64,000 nucleotides of DNA. Origin: Saprolegnia diclina VS20. Taxonomy: Eukaryota. Below, in pieces: positions 48,846 to 61,278 of the stretch. The translations under genes and the position numbers were made by a program. The stretch's first letter is position 1, and each line of letters begins with the position of its first letter. Below the pieces are notes generated by a model. That model was not told where the DNA came from. It saw only the letters and a list, made by a program, of their open reading frames with translations, and did no database searches. The stretch spans positions 129,279 through 193,278 of the forward strand of contig NW_008246082.1 in assembly GCF_000281045.1 (NCBI RefSeq), given 5' to 3'.

Positions 48846-50007
48846 CTTTAGCCGAGACACTCCGTCGTCGAATTGGCACGGTGGTCCCATCGCGCTCCGC
48901 TATCGCGCTCGTGCATGTCGTGTACTTTGCCGCATACATAGTACTATGCGCGCAGGGCCTAGGGACCAGCGTACCTAAGTTCCATACAACCGCACAGTAC
49001 TCATATCGTGGCGGGCAGTTGCGGCTTTGTCCGGATAAGGGAGGAACTCACTCGAATGATGATGCGCGAGGCCAACTCTATCAGAACAACGAGCGCCGCA
49101 TCGGTATCCAAGGATGTTCCTACCGCGCGGCCGCCAGTCAGTTGAGCGGCGTCGCACACGAGGCAGAAAACCCACATGAAGGCTCGAGACTGCCCATCGT
49201 TGCAGCCGGCCATGTCCAATCCGACCGTTCCGACTGCATGGCACACAAAGGGCGCCAAATTTGTCCTGTGCTTGGGTCTGTGGTAATGAATAAAAAGGTA
49301 TATTGGCTCTTTTTCCAGCGACGAGCGTGTAGCGTTGGGAAGAGCCTGTCACGTCCAAATGATTTCTGCTGGATTCATTCAGTGTCATGTGACGGTGAGG
49401 CTCATAGGTCCAGCATTTTTGGCCGCTCATACCTTTCATGCGGAGCACAGACCGCCACAGAAACCACGACGTGTGTTCGATCGTGCGGCCACATCGTCGT
49501 AAGCACCCCATAGACAAGTGGACGCCGATCAACCCGCGCGACCAGGCTACATATCACCATGGACACTGATAGATGCAATTGGCCACACGAGCGCCGCGGT
49601 GCAACGGTGTGGGCAATCGTCGTTTGAGGGAGTCTCTCTCGCACCGCGCGGTGGTCCCTCCACTCATTCGATGGCTAGAAAGTACACTGTAAAATACAGT
49701 GTACGGAGCTGCACGTCTACGGCATGAACTTCAGGTAGCTTTTTCTACAGTGTACCTCGTAGGGGATGATAGAGCTCGTTTGACGAATCCCGTGCCAATG
49801 AAGTACATGGGTCACCCACCCCAGCCGGTCCCTTCGACGCGGCCTGAAAATAATATATATCACCTGAGCGAATGACCTTGGTATTTGTATGAAGACTACG
49901 ATTTCGACGCGGAAATTATAAAAACCGGCGCGCTTTGGGCGCCCAGCTGCGAGCGCCATGCTGCACATTTCATTGCGACGCGGAGCCCAGAGGAAGATAG
50001 TAGTGAG

Positions 50008-52615
50008 ATGGGTGTCCCGACCTTGAGCAAGGCGTCCGTCTTCCGCTTCGCGCGGCAGCCTCGCCACCACGGCGTCAAGACGCGCCTGCTCCGGAGTCGC
50101 TCCAAGACGCTCATGCTCGGCGGCCAGAGCACGGCCGAGACGGCGCAGTACGCGTCGTGCAACCCGAATGGCGACGAGCCATCATCCAATGCTCTTAAGC
50201 CGCTCAAGCTCAAGGACATGTCGACCGACGATCTTCTGCGGCACGCCGAGCAGCTCGATATGCACCTCGCCAAAATCTACATCGAGAGCCAGAAGACCAA
50301 GGCGCTCGCACCGATCGTGACCAAGTCGATTGGCCTTCCGCAGCAGCTCTGGGAAGACGCCGGCGTCGCGCCGCCGTACCATAGCGCGCCCGAGTTTCAG
50401 GACCTTCGGTACACGGCCGTGCGCACAGCCGACCCGATCGCGTTCTCGGCCGATGGCTACAGCCTCCGGTTGCACACGCTCGGAAAGAGCATCAAGGTGT
50501 TTATCACGGTCACCATGTACAACGAGCCCGCGTCGCAGCTCCAAGCGACGCTCACGGGCCTCGCAAGTGGCATCGACTATCTCTGCAACCAGTACGGGTA
50601 TGACTTTTGGCAAGAAGTCGCTGTCGTCGTAGTCGCCGACGGCCGGTCCAAGACCCACCACAGCGTCCTCCCGTACCTCGAAAGCTTTGGGGCGTTCGAG
50701 AAGGGGCTGCTCGCGTCCGCGATTGCGGCGTCCAAGGACACGCACGTGCACCTCTTTGAGTCGACGATCCAGCTGCGCAAAACCGACGGCGCGTTCCACT
50801 CGCCCATGCAGCTCATCTTTGCGCTCAAAGAGCACAACGCCGGGAAGCTGCACTCGCACCTCTGGTTCTTCAACGCGTTCTCCGAGCAAGTCGACCCGAC
50901 GTACACCGCGCTCGTCGACGTCGGCACCGTACCCGCCGAGTCGTCCGTGTACCGCCTCATCCGCAGCATGGAGCGCAACCCGCAGATCGGCGGTGTCGCC
51001 GGCGAGATCGCGGTCGATGATCCCGACTTCTTCAACCCCGTGATTGCGGCGCAGCATTTCGAGTACAAGATCGCCAACATCATGGACGCGTCATTGCAGT
51101 CGGTCTTTGGCTTCATCGGCGTCCTCCCTGGTGCCTTCTCGGCCTACCGCTACGAAGCCATTCGATCGATCAACGGCGTCGGCCCGCTCGCAGAGTACTT
51201 TAAGAGCCTCACCGCATCCAAGAAGGAGCTCGGGTACGTCGTTTGCCTTACTCTCGTGGCGTGTCTCATATATATCTTGTAGGCTCTGCGTCGGTAACAT
51301 GTACTTGGCCGAGGACCGCATCCTGTGCTTTGAAATCCTCGCGCGCAAAAACTGCGACTGGACGATGCACTACGTCAAGGACGCGATCGCGCATACCGAC
51401 GTGCCCGAGACGCTCGTGGATTTGATCAAGCAGCGCCGGCGCTGGCTCAACGGGTCCTTCTTCGCCGGCCTCTTTGCGATCTGGAACTTTGGCCGCGTCT
51501 GGACCGAGAGCGCGCACAGCTTGCCGCGCAAGTGTGCCTTTAGCCTCCAGTTCCTCTACCTCGCGTTCCAGAACGTCATGAACTGGTTCCTCCTCAGCAA
51601 CCTGTTTTTGACATTTTTCTACATCCTCTCGCTCGCGCTCTACTACAAGTCGATCGAGGTCCTCCACGTCGTGCTCGGCACGTACTTTGTGCTCGTCGGG
51701 AGTCTCATCGTCTTTGCCCTCGGTACATCATCCGTCCGAGTCGCTGGCGCCACATCCTCATGCAACTACCTAGGCAACAAGCCCGGGCACCGCACGGCGA
51801 TCTACTACCGCGTGAGCTCGTACGTCATGGGCACGATCATGCTCTGCGTCACGTGCATCTCGCTCTACGCGCTCCTCGGGAACGTCCAGTTTGTGGACCC
51901 GCGCTCCGACTTGCCGTCGTGCAGCGTCAGCAACTACGAGCTCGAAGCCGGCGCGTTCTTCTCGCTCGGCATCATCTTTGTGTGCGCGTTCATGCATGGC
52001 GAGTTTGGCATCGTGCGCAGCACTGTCCAGTACTTCTTCATGCTGCCGACCTTTGTCGTACGTTCTTATTGGCCGGTCGAGTATGACGTGGCAGCGTCTC
52101 ATGCGATCTTGTAGAATGTGCTCGGTATTTATGCGTACAGCAACCTCCACGACTTGAGCTGGGGCACAAAGGGCATCGAGACGAGCGGCGGCCACGGTGG
52201 TCTGCCCACGAGCAGGTTTGGCAGCGTCAAGGACATGGTGGCCCTCCACTTGAACGCGGCCACTACCGACGTCGTCTCAGAAGCCGACAAGCTAAAGGGC
52301 GTCGTCGCGGCCGAGCACGAAGACGTCGACAACCGGTTCCGTGTCTTTCGGTCGCTCTTACTGCTTACGTGGCTGCTCACGAACGGGTGCTGGCTCTACT
52401 ACGCGACGAGCTTCATCTCGTGCTCGTGCTACCTCAAGTACCTCAGCTATATCGTCGCGGTCTTCAACACGATCCGGTTCGTCGGCGGCCTCCTCTTCCT
52501 CGCGTTCCGCATGGCGCGCGGTGTGCTCCATTGCTGCCGCCAAGGCGTCATGAAGACGCGCCCGCTCCGCTGCGGCGGCAACCCGCAAGCGGGCGACGAT
52601 TGCTCGCCCGTCTAA
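50008..52615 (+). CDS. CHS: Chitin synthase (GT2)
   Basis: [49 protein letters not shown] and [10 protein letters not shown]. Multiple TM segments, 3 introns. Confidence 0.97.
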
Positions 52616-52689
52616 TTTACTACTGCTAGTGTGTTGTTTGTGTAACTTAAAAATGAAGTACGATGCTTCTTTATCAGGCGAGCGCACGC

Positions 52690-53765
52690 CTACATGAACT
52701 CGGACGAGAGGTCGTTGAAGTACGGATGGCGCATCGCGTCGCGGGCCGAGATGCGTTGCGACGGCGTGTACGTGAGCATGCGCTATGGATGGTGAGAAAG
52801 CGAGAAGGACGGGAAGAGCAAACCTGGAGGAGGTCGAGGCCGTCCGTGTCGAGCTTGGAAAACATGGGCGCGAGGTCTTGGGCGCGCCACTTGGGGAACG
52901 TCGGCGCGTAGTCGCGCAAGGACGAGACGCCGGTCCACGTCGACTCGTCGGGTGTTCCCATCACCTGGAAGATACGGTAGAGCTGGTCGATCTCTGAGTC
53001 GCCTGTGAAGAGTGGCTTCTTGCGAAGAAGCTCTGCAAAGATGGCGCCGCACGACCAGATATCGACGGGCGGCGAGTACGCTTCTTGCCCGAGGAGGATC
53101 TCGGGCGCGCGGTACCAGAGTGTAATGACTTCGTGCGTGTACTTGCGCACGGGCAGCGAGAAGGCGCGTGCGAGGCCAAAGTCGGCGATCTTGAGCGCGC
53201 CTGTTCGGCTCACGAGCAAGTTTTGCGGCTTCAAGTCCCTAGCGTCGGTCGTTGTCAGATAGGCGGCTCCATTCGCCAGACGACGCACCGGTGCATAATG
53301 CCCCGCGAGTGGCAAAAGGCGAGGCCCTTCAGGAGTTGGTACATGTACGCCTACGTCATCGTCGTCATGGCAAGCGTATGCATCAAATCGCAGTACCTTG
53401 ATCAAGTGTGGGTCAATGCTGCCCAAGGTTGTGTCCATGCAGCGCTTGAGGTCGCGGTCGACAAACTCAAAGACGAGGTAGAGCTTGCCAGCGTCCTGGA
53501 GACAGTTGAGGAGCCTATAGCGATTGCATAAGCTTCCTGCATATGCATCGATAGCGCCCGACTTGACGATGTTGGGGTGCTCGAGCTCGCGCAGGATCGA
53601 GATCTCACGGAGCGCGGTCGACGGGATCCCTTCGTCCTCGACCTCGAGCCGGATGCGCTTGAGGGCGACGATCTCCTGCGTCTTGAGGTCCTGCGCCTTG
53701 TACACGACGCCGTACGTTCCCTCGCCGATCGCCCCGTTCTTCTCGATCTTCCTGTACCGGTCCAT
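52690..53765 (-). CDS. Cyclin-dependent kinase, CDK1/CDKA-like with a PSTALRE motif
   Basis: [49 protein letters not shown] and GDSEIDQL. 5 exons. Confidence 0.96.
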
Positions 53766-54522
53766 GGCGTCCCCTTTGGCGAAATCCAAATATACCGCGA
53801 ATTGCGACCACTGCGACTTTGTATTGCCATGTTGAAAACCCCACGAAGCCTTTGGATTGGCTGTATACGTTTGGTTTTTTTACCAATCCCAGCCGCTCTT
53901 GTAGCCGGCCTCTGCCTCGCCAAGGGTCGGCCTCGCCGGGGCATCACGACGAAGCGGATAAGCTTCGAGGACCTTGCGACATGAGATCGAAAGACTTCGT
54001 AGTCTCTAGCTCGAGGGACTTGGACGAGCCCCGCGCCGTCCATTGACAATGTTTGGGCGGCCTAATTTTTTTTTGCGCGCCAAAATGAACGAATGCGCAG
54101 CTGATGGACAACCGATCCACATCGGCAAAGCTAGTCGTTGCAATCGGTGGTGCGACGATAGTACCTACACTATTAGAGTACCTCGTTGTAATAGGCTTTG
54201 AAGAGTCGGATTAACTAAAGTGTGGAATGTGTGGAGCCGCAGATTGCCTGCTTCAAGCTCAAGCTGGTGTGGCCTAGAAGCTAGGCTTGAGCTTGCCGAG
54301 GAGCAACGCATCGGACACTACTGCAGGGAATGGCTCGTGGGGATAGAAGTACTGTTATGAGGAGCGTATATCGCCTTTATTGGCTCCTCAGTAGACTCGC
54401 CCTCACGCGTGTGAATCAAAGTGCTGCTGGGTTTGTCCCAATGATGTTTGTGGGAAATTTGAGTTTTGCCCGATTGAGACAAACTAACTATCTTAGTCGA
54501 AATGGTTTAGTCGGTCGACCGC

Positions 54523-54547
54523 ATCCGGATGCATGTATATCCGGATA
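54523..54547. promoter_or_regulatory. Tandem ATCCGGAT + TATCCGGATA, candidate promoter element (RPN6 promoter)
   Basis: 43-67 nt upstream of the RPN6 ATG, followed by CCAAT. Confidence 0.55.
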
Positions 54548-54589
54548 TCCCAATCTTGCGGCCGCACAGAAGATTCTGAGGTGGCGAAG

Positions 54590-56254
54590 ATGGAAGACGT
54601 TGACATGAACACGGTGACGGGGGAGGCCCTGAAGAAGCACCAGCTGCAGGAAGACTTTGACGCTGCGGAAGAAGAGATGGAAGAGGGCCGTGCGACGCCC
54701 GACCGCTCGATCGCCGCCTTCCAGCGCGTCCTGGCTTACCGTAGGCGCAGCGACGCCGACCATGGTCTCACCATCGCAACGTAGATGGGCCCGACGAAGA
54801 CCTCGAAGCCGTGCACCGCGTCAAGGAACACGCCATCTACAAGCTTGGCCAGCTCTACACGCGCCATGGGTAGGCTTTTGCCTCATGGAACACGCGACTG
54901 ACGCACCTTGTCGCAGGCGCGAGAAGGAGCTCGCGACGCTCTTGCAGAGCGTGCGACCGTTCTTCACCACGATCCCCAAGGCCAAGACGGGCAAGATCGG
55001 TATGATTTGCGCATGGTGTGCAATGGCCCACACTCACGATCGCGCCTCCTACTAGTGCGCACGATCATCGACATGGTCTCCAAGGTCGAGACTTTGGACC
55101 ACCAAAAGTCGCTGCAGTTCCAAGCCGACCTCTGCGTCGACTCGATCGCGTGGTGCAACTTGGAGAAGCACACGTTTTTGCGCCAGCGCATTCAGGCCCG
55201 CTTGGCCTCCATGTACGCATGTCGTTCTCGTCGATCGATGGCCTTCACGGCGATACATGTAGCCTCTTTGAGCAAGCCAAGTACCAAACGGCGCTCGACT
55301 TGATCACGGACCTCCTCCGCGAAATCAAAAAGCTCGACGACAAGCAGCTTCTGGTCGAGATTCACTTGGTCGAATCCAAGCTCTTCCACGCGCTTCGCAA
55401 CGTGCCCAAGGCCAAGGCGGCGCTCACGGCCGCGCGCTCGATCGCCAACTCGATCTACATTGTGCCCAAGATGCAGGCCAACATTGACCACATGTCGGGC
55501 ATCCTCCACGCCGAGGAGCGCGACTACAAGACCGCGTACTCGTATTTCTTTGAAGCATTTGAAGCGCTCGCGCCCATCGACAAGACGGAGGCGCTCGCGT
55601 GCCTCAAGTACATGCTGTTGAGCAAGATCGCCAACGGCCACTCGGCCGACGTCCCTGTCATCGTCAACGGCAAGAACGCCATCAAGTTTTCCGGCATCGA
55701 CGTCGAGGCGCTCAAGGCCATCGCCAAGGCGCACGACAAGCGGTCGCTCGAGCTCTTCCAGGCCGCGACGTCGCAGTATGCAGCCCGTACGTCGTCATGC
55801 TTTGGGACACGGGAATGCTGACGCTGTGTAGAGCTTGTGCAGGACCCGTTGATCAAGCACCATCTGGGCCTGCTCTACGAGAACCTCCTCGAATCCAACT
55901 TGATCAAGATCATCCAGCCGTATTCGTGCGTCGAGATTAGCCATGTGGCGACGTTGATCAAGCTTCCGTTGCCTCAAGTCGAAACCAAGTAGGACGCCAA
56001 GGGATGCGTTCGTGCGGCTCATGACGCGTAGGCTCTCGCAGATGATTTTGGACCACAAGTTCCACGGCATCTTGGACCAAGGCCGGGGGCAGCTCATCGT
56101 GTACGAAAGTGCGACCGAAGACGTACGTTGTCCTCGTACCCTGCTGTACTCTAAGTGGCGATAGAAAACGTATGCGGCGGGCCTCGGCGTCATCCAAAAC
56201 GTCGGCAACGTGGTTGGCACGCTCTTCCGCCGGGCCGACAAGCTCTCGATGTAG
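54590..56254 (+). CDS. RPN6: 26S proteasome lid subunit Rpn6/PSMD11
   Basis: [40 protein letters not shown], and PCI end [14 protein letters not shown]. Multi-exon. Confidence 0.96.
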
Positions 56255-56325
56255 GCAAGAAGGACACTATGAGCTGCGTTATCTAACTCGGCAACACGAC
56301 GATGCGACGCCATCTGGTGCAACCT

Positions 56326-59300
56326 CTACAGAGCTGGCAAGGACACGGACGAGGACGCGAGCGGCGTCTCGGTCTGTCCGTGGACCCCCGCGTCTTCCGT
56401 GACAAAGTCGTCAATCGCGGCGCCCTCGTCGTGGTGCATGTCCCTACAAACAACGGCGATAACAATGAAAGTGGCAGCGAGAGGCGCGGACCGGAAGGCG
56501 TCCGACATGATGTTGATGGTCGAGTGGCGGTTCGGGATGCGGAAGCCACCGCGGTAGACGTATGGCGCGTTGGAATGCGGCGATTGAATGATGCGCCGCG
56601 CGTCGGCGTCGAGGACCGGGCTCTCGGCGCGGACACCAAAGCCCGTCGACGCGCCCGTGTCACGCCGCTTGCTGTGCGTACTCGGACTCTCGAGCGCGGT
56701 CGTGGGTCGCCCGCCCGCCGTCGACGACGGTCGCACTTGGCCTTGGAGCCGAATGGTCTCGAGAAAATGACCTACATCTTGTCTACTTCGACGCATTCAG
56801 CGATCGAATGACGCACCGTCGCCCTGGGGCTGATGGCCGTCTTCGGGGGCGACGCCACCGCCGCTGAGCGTCCGTCGGCTGATGGCGCCATCCAGCATAT
56901 TGGCCAGCTACAACGACGCGTCATGTTTGGTCGATATCGCTGCGGTGGGCTACCGTCTGCATAAAGACTTCACGGCGGTCGATCGAGCCTTTATCAAACT
57001 GCTCGCCCGTGTTCTTGTTGTTGGACACTTTGGCCAGCATGCGCGTATTGAGCTTCTCGACAATGTCGAGCTGGAGCCGGACCATCTTGGCATCGAGTTC
57101 GGCTTGGCCGCGGATCTAGAGGCTCATGCAATGACACTACGCCGCTGGGAGGGGCACCTCTTTGTTGCTTGCAACTTTGAGCACTTCGTACTCGGCCTTG
57201 GCGCACACGAGGTCGGCAAAGAACTGCGCGTTCTTGACGAGGAAGTTCTGCTGCCGTTCGGAAAACTGCTTGCGATTGGTGCCGTTGTTGTCGGCGCGGC
57301 TCGAGGTTGCGGCCACCTGGTAGCATTGACATTGGTTTTGAAAATGATGATGATGATGTCGTAGTACCTTGCCTTCTTGGCGCGCGGAGATCTCAAACTT
57401 CCAGCACTCGGCGACGAACGCGTCACAGAGCGCGTCGAGCTCCTTGTTGAGCGTCGCGATCGTCATGTTGCGCGTGCTGGCCTTGGCGACCATCTCAGCA
57501 AACTTGGTTTGCTTCTCGTTGAACGCTGCATACAAGGCTTCGGTGCGCTCGCCCTCCTTGATGACTGCGTCGTTCAAGCGCGCGGCCGTCGCGCCAATCT
57601 CGGTCCGGTACTCGACTGCGTATGCATGACATTGTGAGCACAACTATAACTATATAGTACCTTGCATGGCGTTGATCTGCTCGTTAAAGTAGTCTTGCTT
57701 GCCCGCAAAGGTCTCGAACGTCGTGTGCATCGAGTCGAGAATCACTTGGGTGCTGCTCGCCTCGGTCGCGATTTGCGCAAAGGTCCTAATCATACACCAT
57801 TGTTGTTAGAGTATTGCACAAGGAAAGATGACGGCGTTCGCACTGCTGGATGTCGGTCTGCGCCGCGTCGTACTCGGTGCGAAACGAAAGATTGCCTTGC
57901 TCGAGGTACGAGAGCTTCTCCTTGATGGCCGAGAGCGCAGCCTCCGTGTGCACTGTTCATTTAGGTGAATTTGGCTCGTTAAGGATCGATGGATAGATGC
58001 ATGGATGGATACCTTTCATGCCCTCGGTCTCCAACTGGTGGTTCTCGACCTTGGTGCGCATCGCGGCAAAGTTCTTCTCCGTGTCCATCTTGTTGTCAAC
58101 GACCGTCTTGATCAAGCTCGCGTGGGCGTCTTGGCCTTCCTTGATCTTGGCGCCGAGCCGCGTCGCGTCCTTCTTCAAATTTTCGGCGGCTTCGCGGGTC
58201 ACGCGCTCAATGCCTATAAGATCGGATGGTCTCTCCTTAGTAGGACGCTCGATCGAACCTTCGTAAATCGTGGTGAAATTCGTATTGTAGATGATCTCCG
58301 TGTCGCTCACGTGCTGCGTGAGGTCGGAAATCTTCTTCTTGTTGTCCATGGCCGCGTGTTCGACGACATCGATGCGGTCGGCGTGTCGCTTGACGTCCAC
58401 CGAGAGCGTCTCGACCGAGCACGCGACAAAGATGTCGTCAAGCCGCTTGATCTCTACGTCCCAGGCAGTTAGTTAATAGAGGCAGATCGATCGACAACCG
58501 TTGTGCAAGGCCTCGGCGCGCTGTTCAATGATTTCTTTGATCTGGTCCTCGGACTTTTGCTTGTTTTGAGCTGCGTCTTCAAACGCTTGGGCGAGGTCGG
58601 ACGTGAACTGTTCGGCTTTGCCCTGCTTGTCCCCGAGCGCTTGGACTAGGCACCATACCGCGTTCCGTCCACGTTCCGATGCACTATATTATGGAAATGT
58701 ACGCTTCTCCTTCATGACGCCTTGCTGCGTAATGATGGTTTGAATGTGCTGGTGCTCGGCCTGCGAGTTGCGCCGGAGCTCGTCGAGCATCTTTGCAAAT
58801 TTGTCCTACGCGCGACCGTGCCTACGATGCTCGGACACCGCGATCGCACCTGCGTCTTGAGGATCTCTTCGATCTTGTCGCACATGATTTCGACGCGGTT
58901 TTGGGTCTTCTGGAGGGACTCGGCTTGGCTCGAGTTGATGTCTTCTTGCATGCTGCGCACCTAGATCGCCACGTCCTATCAGCCGACCTTATTCCTCCAT
59001 GCGTCGACCATGTGGATTTCTTCTTGCGTCCGGCTAAAGAGGCCGCTAAACTCGTCTGAGAGCTTGTGGCTCTCTTGTTTGAGCAAGATGAGCGACTTTT
59101 GCTCAAACCCAATGAGTTCATTCTGCGTCACGCACGCGCGGAGGTCGTGCGTGAGCTTGTCCATGAGGATCTTGACGTTGCCTTCGTGCTTGGAGTTGCG
59201 CGCTTGGATGAGCGCGTCACGGCGCTTCATCTCGGCTTGGAGCCGCATCACGCTGCTCTTGGCCTCTTGCGAGTTCTCGCGCACGATCGCGCCCTCCGCC

Positions 59301-59980
59301 TACGCAGCGTACGACGGTGTGACGTCAGATCCTCTAGCATCTCGCACCCGCAGCTGCTCCAAGCTCACGATGATTGGCTCGAGAATCGCGTCCATCGTAT
59401 CTTGCGAGTAGGCACTCGCGGCCACCGGCGGCGACGACGACGAAAGCGATGCGATGCCATGGATAGCATTGTCCGCCGTCGGCGTGGACGATGCTGGTGA
59501 CGTGTCTTCCTGGATCGCGGCGACGTCGGGGGCGACGAGGGCCTCGCGGCGCGGTGGCGCTCGGTCTTGCAGTATGCTCGGCCGGCGGCGCATGCTTGCA
59601 TCAAGCGCGGGCTTGGACGTCGCTGCTGCGCCCGCAAGTTCGTCGTCCTCGGCCTTGCTCGAGCGGCGTGACTTGGCGACGGTCTTGGCGGCGACATCCC
59701 GCCGCAGGATCACAATGTCCTTCTGGATCCCGTCGATGCCTTGCTTGATGTACTTGAACTGGTCCTTGAGGTTCTGGCACTCGACCATTGCCTCGGAGTT
59801 GTTGGCGATGTTTTGCATGGCGTCGCTGAGCCACGCGGGAATTTCGCCGTTGCCCATCTCGTTCTTCTCGAGGATCTCAATCTTCATGCGCAGCGTGAGG
59901 ATGATGTCGAGCAGGCTCTCTTCGTTGAAGATGAGGTCCGGCGGGTACTTCCACTGCAGCGAGACCGGGTTCCCATTCAT
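56326..59980 (-). CDS. Large multi-exon coiled-coil hypothetical protein
   Basis: Series of minus-strand heptad-rich exons with GT-AG junctions. C-terminal YVYRGGFRIP. Start uncertain. Confidence 0.65.
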
Positions 59981-60142
59981 GCTGCTGGTCTTCCGGCTCT
60001 GGCTTTTCTGCGCCACTCGGCCGTTTCGCGCCTGAAACGACAAGCAAGAGGTGCGATGATGGAGGCTGCATTAGTCTCGTGGCTTATATCGATCGATATC
60101 GGGGACTGCGACGGCCCTCGAAGGCGATGGACGTAGGAGCGC

Positions 60143-60862
60143 TTAGAACATGCTCATGCCACGCTCGCCGTGGCCGCGCGGCAGCTTGATCTTGGCCGCG
60201 TTCTTCTCGACAGCGTCAAGCGTGTACGCGTAGTGGTCCCCGACGCTCTCAAGCGTGCGCTGGAGGTTAAAGTACCACTTGACGTCGACGGCCGCGACGT
60301 ACGAGACGAGGTCGGCGAGGGGCGTCGCCGACGACGCCGTCGTCTTGTCCGCATCGACGGTCGACTTTTTGGTCACGTCGCCGTCCTTGCCGCCGACCTC
60401 GGCCGTCGTCGAGATTGTATTCGTCTTTTCCGAAGCGTGCTTGGCCGCAAACTTCTCGTACGCGGTCGCGCGCTGCCAGTAGTAGTCGGTCATGCCATCC
60501 CACGCCTTCTGGAGCGCGGTGCGGCTGGCGCTGATCTGGAGCTGCACCGACTTTTGGACTTCGACGCCAAAGTTGTTGCCGTCCGCGACCTTGGGGACGA
60601 GAAGCTGGATCCAGCGCTCGAGGCTCTGCATCTTCTGGATCGCAATGTGGATCTCGTCGAGCACGATCTGGATCAGATGGACGAGGCGCGCGTTCGATGG
60701 CGCGTCCAATGTCACGAGCGGGGCGAAGGCCGCGTAGGCCTGCGCAGGCGAAGACGCGGGGAACTCGCGCGCGAGGACCTCGGCGATCCGGTCCATGTGC
60801 ATCGGGATCTCGTCGAGGACCTTGGTCGCGATCGCCGTCGTCGCCGCTACGCGCTTCTCCAT
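60143..60862 (-). CDS. Proteasome activator PA28 (11S REG) family
   Basis: SNARLVHLI, activation loop WIQLLVPKVADGNNFGVEVQ, and C-terminal KNAAKIKLPRG...MF. Intronless. Confidence 0.92.
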   Translation of the reverse strand: MEKRVAATTAIATKVLDEIPMHMDRIAEVLAREFPASSPAQAYAAFAPLVTLDAPSNARLVHLIQIVLDEIHIAIQKMQSLERWIQLLVPKVADGNNFGVEVQKSVQLQISASRTALQKAWDGMTDYYWQRATAYEKFAAKHASEKTNTISTTAEVGGKDGDVTKKSTVDADKTTASSATPLADLVSYVAAVDVKWYFNLQRTLESVGDHYAYTLDAVEKNAAKIKLPRGHGERGMSMF

Positions 60863-61278
60863 CGTCGTCGTCGAAAAGGCAAAAATACAATCTGCGGTGC
60901 AATGGATTTGAGGCCGTCCATACAAACATCAAGACAATGAAATTCGAAACCCAACTCAATTTTCATGATTTCGGATCGGTCGCCACTCGTCACGACCATG
61001 CATCGCCAGCTCGACGACGCCTGCGTGCTCTCGCTCCTCCAGCAGGCGAGTACCGTTCATGCGCGAGGGCGAGTAGTAAGCGTCGTACGGAGCCATGAGT
61101 CGGCCATGGCGCCGTGGCCAGTCATGGCCAGTGCCAGGTCCGATGGACCAAGGGATCTGTCGCCTGCCCATATACCTGTAGCCGAGATATTCCTGCTCGT
61201 GAGCATCGGTGCGCATACGCCAGCCACGTCGGCGAGATGAACATGCGGGTGGATTATCACTGCTACGAATGCGTGGAC

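Noticed and set aside
52674..53789. CDK ORF staying open across all introns
   Set aside because: One intron is 3n and two others compensate in frame. The unspliced product loses the HRD-adjacent exon frame, so this is chance in GC-rich DNA.
60030..60143. Acceptor-like TTTCAG and branch-like CTAAT suggesting splicing from PA28 into the downstream coiled-coil gene
   Set aside because: No convincing donor site found. A 5' UTR intron or coincidence explains it equally well.
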